Source of the DNA: an uncultured virus (IMG/VR IMGVR_UViG_3300005611_000020)
Taxonomy: Duplodnaviria > Heunggongvirae > Uroviricota > Caudoviricetes
DNA length: 64,000 bases
Strand: one strand, 5' to 3'
Virus record (IMG/VR): IMGVR_UViG_3300005611_000020
The position numbers were made by a program, and so were the translations under genes. Under the pieces are notes generated by a model, which saw only the letters and a program-made list of their open reading frames with translations, did no database searches and was not told the DNA's origin. Every line of letters starts with the position of its first letter. Within the stretch, counting starts at the first letter, position 1. Positions 38,382 through 46,047 of the stretch are shown here, one piece after another.

Positions 38382-38813
38382 TTATCTCACTTTTGTTTTG
38401 GTAGCAAATCCGTCTTTGACCATCTGATCAGAGACGTTATGCCATTCTCCATCTTCTGACTGACTCCAGATTTCCCCTAACACCCTTCCGAATGTGAGTG
38501 AGTCTTGAAGTCTTCCTGTTGTTGGTATCTTGAGTCTGACTGTTGAACCTTCAGGGCAGAGTGATTTGATATACTCTTTTGATTTCAATCCCAGCTCTTT
38601 TTCATCGCCTTTGACTTCAGGTGCCCAACAATCCAGAAGCCTGACTCGATATTGAGTGGTGACATTCACAACTGCTGTATCACCATCGTACCACTCAACA
38701 ACTTCTGCATCTGTGATGATGGCTTTGTCAGGTGGAGTTCCAGCGTTAGACCATCCAATGGTTATGAGGATCAAACACCAACTGATGCAGAATCCGATGT
38801 AAGTGTGTTTCAC
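38382..38813 (-). CDS. thermonuclease (SNase-like) with hydrophobic N-terminus
   Basis: YDGDT, VRLLDCWAPE, FGRVLG, MVKDGFA. Confidence 0.85.
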   Translation of the reverse strand: MKHTYIGFCISWCLILITIGWSNAGTPPDKAIITDAEVVEWYDGDTAVVNVTTQYRVRLLDCWAPEVKGDEKELGLKSKEYIKSLCPEGSTVRLKIPTTGRLQDSLTFGRVLGEIWSQSEDGEWHNVSDQMVKDGFATKTKVR

Positions 38814-39391
38814 TTCGAATCCTTTGTCTCAAGTTTCTTCTTGATCATTTCAACGCCAACCATCGCAGCAATGATTTCAAGGATTGTCTTGATTTCAGTA
38901 TGGTCAAAATTGCTTGCATTCAGCCAGAGAAACAAAGTAATCATCAGACCATAAGAGCTGTGAGTAATGATCTTCCAGATGGGATGATTGGCAGGGTATT
39001 TGATCATGATTGGTTACTCGATTCTCATCACTTCTCGTTCAAGCAAATCAAGTCTTCGCTTGTTGTCGTGAGCCATATCTTTGAGTTGCTCCATGATCTG
39101 TACCTGGCGATCCATTGAACTCTTCATCAGGTTAATGTCTGTCGATGTTTTTCCGACTCCGGTGCCAGTCCAGTAAGCTCCACCACAAATAGCAGTAACA
39201 AGAGCAATACTGATTGGAGTTTGTTGATTGATGATTGCCTTGGCAGTTTCTACCACTTTTGAGAAGCCCTTCCGTTTATCCGATTGCTGGGAGTGTGTCT
39301 GACCACTTGTTGAGATAGCAAACCCTGCGGAAGTTTCTGCCCTTAACATCCGGCGTCTTTCTAAAACTGGTGACTTCGTAAAGTGTGTCAA
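38810..39391 (-). CDS. two small membrane proteins (38810-39007 and 39014-39391; second start uncertain)
   Basis: Hydrophobic segments; the second has a TM segment followed by a coiled coil. Confidence 0.5.
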
Positions 39392-39650
39392 CGGTAGTAA
39401 CAGGATCGGGTAATTCTGACTCTTTGCCCTGCCAGAAAATGCTCCCTACAGCAACGTCCTGCCTTACCACAACTTTTGCATCAAACTCAGCCTCATCACC
39501 TTTTAAGGGGCGATCAGTAAATGCCAAGTCTTCCCACCTCACATCCAACTCAATGCCAGCAAGAACCTTTTTATCGCCAGTTTGGGTATGACCATTCGGC
39601 CCCCACATAACAGCTTGTTGGTTGAGGTTGCTGGATTCCATTGGTGGCAT
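39276..39650 (-). CDS. head closure/stopper-like protein
   Basis: Synteny after the adaptor; beta-rich. Confidence 0.55.
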   Translation of the reverse strand: MPPMESSNLNQQAVMWGPNGHTQTGDKKVLAGIELDVRWEDLAFTDRPLKGDEAEFDAKVVVRQDVAVGSIFWQGKESELPDPVTTVDTLYEVTSFRKTPDVKGRNFRRVCYLNKWSDTLPAIG

Positions 39651-39654
39651 GTGA

Positions 39655-40089
39655 TTAGTCTCTGTCTATGTAGTTTGTCTGAGCACTCTTTGCCTTACCC
39701 ATCCAAGTGACTGTAGCTCTTTTCTTGCCCTCAATCATCTGAGTGTTTTTGCGTGTAAGACATCCAGTCTCATCTAACAACATAGCTGTCTGACCATACT
39801 GAGTGCTGTCTAACCCCTTCCCGGTTGTTCCCTGAAAAGAGGTAGAGGCGTCACCCGTTGTTCTGCTTTTGGCTATCTGATCTGAGTGAGCATATAAGTG
39901 AGCTGCCAGATATCTTTCAATCAGTTCTAACTCAGTAGAATCAAGTGAGTTGTTTGTATCACAAGCTTCTACCTGGTCAGTCAGAACGTTAGCAGTAGCA
40001 ATGAAAGGTGTCAGGTCTGTAGCAGCATCAGAGTCATAATGACCACCTAAAATTGCTTGAACACTGGCTGATACAGTCCTGATTGCCAT
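39655..40089 (-). CDS. head-tail adaptor protein
   Basis: ERYLAAHL, LDSTQYGQ.A..LD.TG.L. Confidence 0.7.
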   Translation of the reverse strand: MAIRTVSASVQAILGGHYDSDAATDLTPFIATANVLTDQVEACDTNNSLDSTELELIERYLAAHLYAHSDQIAKSRTTGDASTSFQGTTGKGLDSTQYGQTAMLLDETGCLTRKNTQMIEGKKRATVTWMGKAKSAQTNYIDRD

Positions 40090-40095
40090 GATCGA

Positions 40096-40518
40096 TTACT
40101 CTTCTTCTGCCAGTTGAATTGCTGAAATGATGTCGGCCTTAGTGGTAGCATCTTCCAGGTCAATCTCATTGTCGTCAGCGTATTGCTTGAGTTCTTTGAC
40201 AGTCATGGAGAACAGGTCAACTTCCTGATCGTCATCACTGTCTGAGGTGTTATCAACAGGTTGAGTGAATTCTTCTGGAATCTCGACACCTTCCAAATCT
40301 TCTCCGGTTGCTCCTCGCATACGGAGTTGGAATTCTTCACTGTCTCGATCAATCTCACGCTCGCCGATTTTCTCAAATCGTTGTTCACCCGGAAGGTTAT
40401 GTTTGAGAAGATTCTGGATTGATTCAAAGACTGCACTGTCGGAGTTCTTCAGATGACGAATTCCCAATTCATCAACGTGAGAGCCGGTGTTGATTCGGTA
40501 CTTGGTAATTATTGGCAT
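40096..40518 (-). CDS. protein with C-terminal Rho-N/HeH-like motif
   Basis: MTVKELKQYA....IDL...TKADIISAI. Confidence 0.6.
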   Translation of the reverse strand: MPIITKYRINTGSHVDELGIRHLKNSDSAVFESIQNLLKHNLPGEQRFEKIGEREIDRDSEEFQLRMRGATGEDLEGVEIPEEFTQPVDNTSDSDDDQEVDLFSMTVKELKQYADDNEIDLEDATTKADIISAIQLAEEE

Positions 40519-40528
40519 TGTGGCTTCC

Positions 40529-40693
40529 TTAGATTTTCCCTTGGGCTATTCTGATTAGCCAGATGATTTTGTTCTTGTCGTGTCTTGATGAAACTGGAAT
40601 TCCTTCACTCTTAGCCAGCTTCAGTAAATCTTCCTTGGTGTAGTCAGTTAAGTCTCTTGGTTTTCTTCCATTTGCTCCAACGATGTCTGTCAT
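40529..40693 (-). CDS. 54-aa Rho-N/HeH-like protein
   Basis: Manual ORF MTDIV...YTKEDLLKLAKSEGI...KNKIIWLI. Confidence 0.5.
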   Translation of the reverse strand: MTDIVGANGRKPRDLTDYTKEDLLKLAKSEGIPVSSRHDKNKIIWLIRIAQGKI

Positions 40694-40884
40694 AGGCTGG
40701 CTCTTACCGCTGCGTCCTTTGCCTCAAGGAGTTTCCTCAGAGCCACTGTTGTTTCTTGATTGTCTGGATTTCTTTTTGCCACTTGATGAGCTAGTTCATG
40801 GAAGGGTTTTGAGATTTCCTGTAAGTGTTCCGGCAGATGTTGAAAAGTGAAATACTGAAGAACGTGAGTAATAGCAGAGTGCAT
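40690..40884 (-). CDS. small helical-hairpin phage protein (possibly Acb2/Tad1-like fold)
   Basis: YF.F.HLPEHLQEISKPF...ETTVALRKLLEAKDAAVRA. Confidence 0.6.
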   Translation of the reverse strand: MHSAITHVLQYFTFQHLPEHLQEISKPFHELAHQVAKRNPDNQETTVALRKLLEAKDAAVRASL

Positions 40885-41020
40885 GAGTTTGGCTTCCTCA
40901 TTAAGTAAGAGATAGAAAACAGGACAGGGTGAGTTGAATGGGCGGAGATTAAACCCCTCACCCTGCCCCGGAGACAACCATTAGGAAACAGTACCAATGA
41001 GTAGTCCTGCTTTAGCTTGA

Positions 41021-42214
41021 CTACGAGACCGTTCCGACGAGTAGTCCCATGTTGCCGTTGTAATCACTTCGAATCTGAGGCACGTAAATGCTCATGACTT
41101 TGAAGTTGTTACGAAGGCCACCCATCGAAGTCCACTGCATTGTCGTGATATCCATACCATTGATAGCACGAGCGGTTTCAGGTTCCATCTGAACGAAGAT
41201 GGTGGTATATGGGTTATCTGCTGCTGTCAGATAATCCAACTGCTGAATGCCTTTCACTTCTTCAATTTCGAGAAGTTTCGACCGAAGAGTACCGGCAGAA
41301 GGCTCAGTTGTGCTGAACAGGTTGTTGAGATACTTCTGCTGATCCTTTGAGACATAGACCATGAATGGTCCGTACTGATTAGCATCAGACAGAGACTCAA
41401 TTGCTGCCAACCAGCTAGTCAGAACGGCAGGACCATTCGTGCCATCTGGCTGGGTCATGTTTGTTTTGGAGATACGGTCAGGATGGTTGAGATATCCATA
41501 AACCTTTGAAGTGTCGCCATAACTGGTTGAGTCACCATACTGAGCACCAGCAACAGCACCAATCGTGACTTGTTCAACCAGTTCACCAACACGACGGCCA
41601 GCAAAAGCAATTCGTGAGGTATCAGCAGGGATACCCTTATTGCGAGAAGCAGCAAGGAATCGCTCAGGTAGAAAGAAGTCTGCATGAGTGATAGGCAGTG
41701 GCAATCCTTGCAGGCTGAATACCGGGTTGAAGTTTGGAGCTTCACCCATACCATCCATGTCTTGAACAGCACTACCGGGATCACTCACCTTTTCCCATTC
41801 AAGAATAGGATTAGCCATACCATCAAAGCCGCCAAACGTATTGGCAGCAGCAAGGTCAGACCATGCCTTCAGTCGTTTGCGGGCAGCTTGACGAACGACG
41901 TTGTCGAGAAGAATCCATTCATCCTTTCGCAACGTAGTAGCATTCATGACAGGACTCATTGGCCTGCCTGATGCCATGATGTCACTTACACGAACCTGCT
42001 CAGTTTCGTAGTAAGTAACAGGGTCACCAACAGAGTTGGTAACAACAGCTCCTTTGTCATCCTTGTAGGGAATCTTATTTCCCGTACGAAGATCAACACA
42101 AGGAATTCCCTTCTCGTTGAAGTATGGTCGCATGAAACCGGGATCGTACCCGATTTCCCTCATCTGATCGTTGACTTCTCCCCTGAGGGAAAGTGCTCCG
42201 TTGGTGACAAACAT
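41021..42214 (-). CDS. major capsid protein (HK97 fold, encapsulin/linocin-like subtype)
   Basis: TLRKDEW..LD..V...AR.RL, PLPITHADF, YGYLNHPDR; synteny. Confidence 0.8.
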   Translation of the reverse strand: MFVTNGALSLRGEVNDQMREIGYDPGFMRPYFNEKGIPCVDLRTGNKIPYKDDKGAVVTNSVGDPVTYYETEQVRVSDIMASGRPMSPVMNATTLRKDEWILLDNVVRQAARKRLKAWSDLAAANTFGGFDGMANPILEWEKVSDPGSAVQDMDGMGEAPNFNPVFSLQGLPLPITHADFFLPERFLAASRNKGIPADTSRIAFAGRRVGELVEQVTIGAVAGAQYGDSTSYGDTSKVYGYLNHPDRISKTNMTQPDGTNGPAVLTSWLAAIESLSDANQYGPFMVYVSKDQQKYLNNLFSTTEPSAGTLRSKLLEIEEVKGIQQLDYLTAADNPYTTIFVQMEPETARAINGMDITTMQWTSMGGLRNNFKVMSIYVPQIRSDYNGNMGLLVGTVS

Positions 42215-42264
42215 TGTCTACCTTTCTGTTTGGGTATTTGATTGAGACACTAAGAGTCTGAGTC

Positions 42265-42744
42265 TTACTGTCCTGTGAAGATTGCTGCCAGAAGCGTGTC
42301 TGCTGTTGGGTCAGTGATTGCTTCGATGGCTTGGAATGGTTCTGATTCAACAGTACCAGTTGTCACGTTGAATTTGCCAGTACCGTTGTCAAGAATCATG
42401 AAGTCACCAATAGCAACATCGTCAGCAGTACCTGCTACGTTGTTGAAGAGGATGTTGAGTTCTTCACCGGGGACTGGGCAATAAAGAGTTGCATTAGTGC
42501 CAGTGACATAAGCGTCAGAGACAGTCTTACCCTGAAGAGAATCCTCAAGCAGGATAGCTATCAAAGCCCTTTGACCGTCACCGCCCGGAGCAGCAACCTC
42601 ATAAGTCATCCTTCCACCAATAGCAGCAGTAGCAGCTTTGATCTGCATACAAGTACCAGGCTTTGGCGTACCATCGATGATGCAGTTGATAAACGTCCCT
42701 TTAGGATTGGGAGTTCTGATGATCGTTTGATCGCTTACAGACAT
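42265..42744 (-). CDS. capsid decoration/cement protein
   Basis: Lies between the protease and the capsid gene. Confidence 0.6.
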   Translation of the reverse strand: MSVSDQTIIRTPNPKGTFINCIIDGTPKPGTCMQIKAATAAIGGRMTYEVAAPGGDGQRALIAILLEDSLQGKTVSDAYVTGTNATLYCPVPGEELNILFNNVAGTADDVAIGDFMILDNGTGKFNVTTGTVESEPFQAIEAITDPTADTLLAAIFTGQ

Positions 42745-42800
42745 TGAATTTTCCTTTGTGTAAAACGGTATGAGCTATCGGAATCACTCAATGTTGGTGA

Positions 42801-44366
42801 TTACCAGATCATAGGTGTCTGAGGGATAGGGTCAGTCTTTGTTGAGTTCTGGACAGTAGAAGTAGCAGGCATACCAAAGTAATTCTGGACAGGCTCTTTC
42901 TTCTCAGGAAGTGCACTGATCAGAGTTTCCAACTGGTCAGATGACATATTCTGATAGACTGCTTTGAGAGAATCTTTCTTCTCATCAGCAGCATTTTCCA
43001 CCAGACGATCAATCATACGTTGCTTATTAGCATCGCTGATTTTCTTTGCCTGATTGAAGACTTCTCGCACTTCAGGTGGAGCTGAAGCGAAGAACTCATC
43101 CATCGTCTTAGGAGAATCACCCATACCTACGCCTGCTTCGTTCATGACTTTACCCTTGTCTTTCTCTTCACCTTTCTTCTTTTTCTTGGTGTCAGTTTCC
43201 TCATCTTCATCATCATCTTTTGGCATTGTTGAAGCATTAGATGTCAACTCAACAACCTTCTTTTCAGCAGTGATTCGTTTAGCAGCATCAGTAGCAAGAG
43301 CTTTCAACTTATCATCACTGAAGCCATTCAACACTTCTTTGTCTTCTTCACTCCAACAATCACAATTAGTGATTAGACCATTGATAACAGCATCCCGATC
43401 AAGACCTGACATATCATCACCTTTCAAAAAATGATTGAAGTTCAACTTTTTTACTTCGATTAACTTTTCTTGACCTCTTAGTAGACCACTTTTCTTTTCA
43501 GAGTCACTTTCTGGCCCTTTGCCGTTCACAACAGGGACATATTTGATCTTCTTTTCAACTCTTGAATGGTCTCCAAATGTGACTGAATCATTGTCATCAA
43601 TCACATAAGAGACTTTGAAAAGGTCACCTTTCTTTTCATAAATCAATGAGTCATCGAACACTTCCTGAATCCAAATGTGAGTAGAGAAATCAGTCTCTCC
43701 ACTTGATTGATTTGGATTCAGTGCTTGACTCAAAAGTTGATGAATTTCACTATGACTCCGCTTTGAATTTTCAGTCAAAGAAAACTTAATGGAAGCCTCT
43801 TTACATGACTTACAAAATCCTTTTGCATTGTTGACTCCACAACCATCTTTCAACGAACAGGCTCCTTTCTTCTCGAACAGGATTGCTACATGGTCTGGTT
43901 TGTAGTTGTGAGCAATGGCTTTGTATTCTTCACCAGAGTTTGTCACTCCTGCTGTTTGATTCAGATCAAGTCCTAAGCCTGTTGACAGTTCAACCTGAGT
44001 ACCTGATTCAATTCTACTTACCCATCCGGGGCGATTCTCATTCAATGCTTCAATGTCAAACCACAACTCACCTTTGAGTTCGCCTTTTGCATTGACGTGA
44101 GCATTGAGAAGAACTCCCAGATAAATGTCCTTCAAGACATTCGGAGTTCTTGCTGATACTGGCTGGCTGGGATGATCATCAGTCAGAGGAACATGATTCC
44201 AGGCAGCAACATTGATTTTGTTTTCGTCTGATGTGTAGAGAATCGGTCCTTGATTCCCATTCAATACACCAGGAACAATCAACGTGGCAGATGCAACAAG
44301 GTACTCATGAGGACCAATAAAGTCCCGTCGTGTCTTGCCGCTTGTGTTTGAGATAATGTGTTGCAT
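42801..44366 (-). CDS. DUF2213-like prohead protease/scaffold
   Basis: PLTDDHP, VELSTG, PDHVAIL...GACS..DGCG; charged scaffold-like C-terminus. Confidence 0.8.
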   Translation of the reverse strand: MQHIISNTSGKTRRDFIGPHEYLVASATLIVPGVLNGNQGPILYTSDENKINVAAWNHVPLTDDHPSQPVSARTPNVLKDIYLGVLLNAHVNAKGELKGELWFDIEALNENRPGWVSRIESGTQVELSTGLGLDLNQTAGVTNSGEEYKAIAHNYKPDHVAILFEKKGACSLKDGCGVNNAKGFCKSCKEASIKFSLTENSKRSHSEIHQLLSQALNPNQSSGETDFSTHIWIQEVFDDSLIYEKKGDLFKVSYVIDDNDSVTFGDHSRVEKKIKYVPVVNGKGPESDSEKKSGLLRGQEKLIEVKKLNFNHFLKGDDMSGLDRDAVINGLITNCDCWSEEDKEVLNGFSDDKLKALATDAAKRITAEKKVVELTSNASTMPKDDDEDEETDTKKKKKGEEKDKGKVMNEAGVGMGDSPKTMDEFFASAPPEVREVFNQAKKISDANKQRMIDRLVENAADEKKDSLKAVYQNMSSDQLETLISALPEKKEPVQNYFGMPATSTVQNSTKTDPIPQTPMIW

Positions 44367-44437
44367 GGGACATAGAAGTAACTCCCATTTCAGATTTTGT
44401 AAATAGTCGATGAGTTACATTAAACTCAACGTAAACG

Positions 44438-44476
44438 AAAAGAACCCCTCAACCAAATGAATGATTGAGGGGTTCT
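44438..44476 (-). terminator. intrinsic terminator
   Basis: AGAACCCCTCAA/TTGAGGGGTTCT stem with a short T tract on the minus strand. Confidence 0.6.
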
Positions 44477-44530
44477 AAAGTGTTTGAGTTTAAGTAGTTA
44501 AGTCTTCTCTTCGCACCGGAAGGTGGGTCG

Positions 44531-44899
44531 TTATGCCTCTACCCCGTTGAATCGAGCATTGCATCTTCTGCACGCCGAATTGGCACACCAGTCGTGGAAA
44601 TCCCGATCGTTACGTTCGATACCCAAGTCTCGCATCATGTAGTCATCAGTCTTTTCCCGACCACCCTGATCACAACACTGATACTCGCCGTTCACGGTGT
44701 CGTGATGTCCGACTCGGTAACCGCACAAAAAGGCGTCTCGTACTGCCTGATGGACCCGTTCCATCGCGTCTACAATCTCACCCGCCTTCACATTGCCAAG
44801 CAATCTTGCGTTCGGGTTCCAGCTTTTTGCACAACGGAGAACATCCTCAATAATGGCATAACTATCGGTTGAAACCGAGTGCTCATTCACGTCACTCAT
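44531..44899 (-). CDS. hypothetical protein in a cassette-like unit
   Basis: GAGGA RBS, ATG at 44899; the stop lies inside GCATAAC. Confidence 0.6.
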   Translation of the reverse strand: MSDVNEHSVSTDSYAIIEDVLRCAKSWNPNARLLGNVKAGEIVDAMERVHQAVRDAFLCGYRVGHHDTVNGEYQCCDQGGREKTDDYMMRDLGIERNDRDFHDWCANSACRRCNARFNGVEA

Positions 44900-44944
44900 G
44901 TATTCCTCGCTTTCTCTTCGCACCGGTTAAACCGGGGCGTTCTG
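44856..44944 (-). repeat. attC-like imperfect inverted repeat
   Basis: GAAC...CGGTTTAACCGGTGC-loop-GCACTCGGTTTCAACCG...GTTATGC; a 15-bp part is repeated at 44505-44519. Confidence 0.5.
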
Positions 44945-45005
44945 TGGACTAAACCGCGTAAATGGTAAGCCTGAATTCTGGTCGTGGTCAGTTATGCTAG
45001 TGGTG

Positions 45006-45784
45006 TTATCTGCTACGCCGGATCGCGTTTTCAAGGTCACCAACATCAACGCGAAATCCGAACCCTTCCTCTGTCAAATCTGTGGATACAAAACAAGGCA
45101 GATCAATTCCACAACTCTCCATGCGATCGTAATCCATATCCAACGTCACACCACTTTTTCTGCACGCACGAAGCACGTCGCGAATGAACTCTGCCCGTGC
45201 TTCTGCCACAACGTCATGCTCACATTCGCATGCATACTTGCGGCACTCGTGACACATCCGCCCGTCACTCATGTTGAATGTCTCCTCTTCACAGTTGCTG
45301 GTCCCTTTTATTGGTCACCAGTTGTTCGCTGGCAATTGCTACTCTCGTGATTGCAGCCACCTGATCTGTCAGGCGTTCGTGCATTGCCTCTCGCTCTGCT
45401 TTCACGTCGTTGACGAATTCTTCACGGGCTTTGCGGTTAGCCATCTGGCACAACACTGCCCCTGAAAAGACACCTAATGCAAACGCGATCCCAGCACCGA
45501 ATGCATGAATCATATCCCACATTGATCCCTTACCTCTTTCCTTCAAGTTTAGTAGTAGGAACTGTGGTCAACCCTTGTCTCTTCAAATGCCGCAGCAGTT
45601 TCTGCCTCGTGAGGAATTCATGCCGAGCATTCTCAGCAGAGCAATTCAGAAAGTAGGTACGGTAATACTCACATCTCTCAGCACTCTTGGAGTCCTCAGC
45701 AGACAGGTCGGAATACCTGATTGTTTCACGAATTAAATGAATCGCTGCCTCTAACCAATGCTCCATATTAAGTTCTCCCATCAT
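45006..45784 (-). CDS. three hypothetical proteins (45006-45272, 45289-45546, 45530-45784)
   Basis: ORF chain in the accessory patch. Confidence 0.55.
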
Positions 45785-46037
45785 AAGGGTTATTGATTCG
45801 ACTCACCATCTGATAACTCTGTGACTTCAACTTGGGATCGTACTTGCTGAAGATCAGAAGATTTGTTCTTTGTTCCTGGAGCTTCTTTCTCAAGTTACTG
45901 ATGTGAACTCTGAGATTACTGTCGCTACACAATGTGCCATCTCTTGTTTGTAACTTGAGCTGTTCTCGACTGACAGGATTTCCAGACCTCAGAAGTCCCA
46001 ACATTTTCTCTTCTGTCTCACTCAATTGGAGTGTCAT
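45768..46037 (-). CDS. OmpR/PhoB-type winged-helix DNA-binding protein
   Basis: LSETE..ML.LL....PVSREQL...NLRVHISNLRKKL. Confidence 0.75.
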   Translation of the reverse strand: MTLQLSETEEKMLGLLRSGNPVSREQLKLQTRDGTLCSDSNLRVHISNLRKKLQEQRTNLLIFSKYDPKLKSQSYQMVSRINNPYDGRT

Positions 46038-46047
46038 ATCTGGCTTT

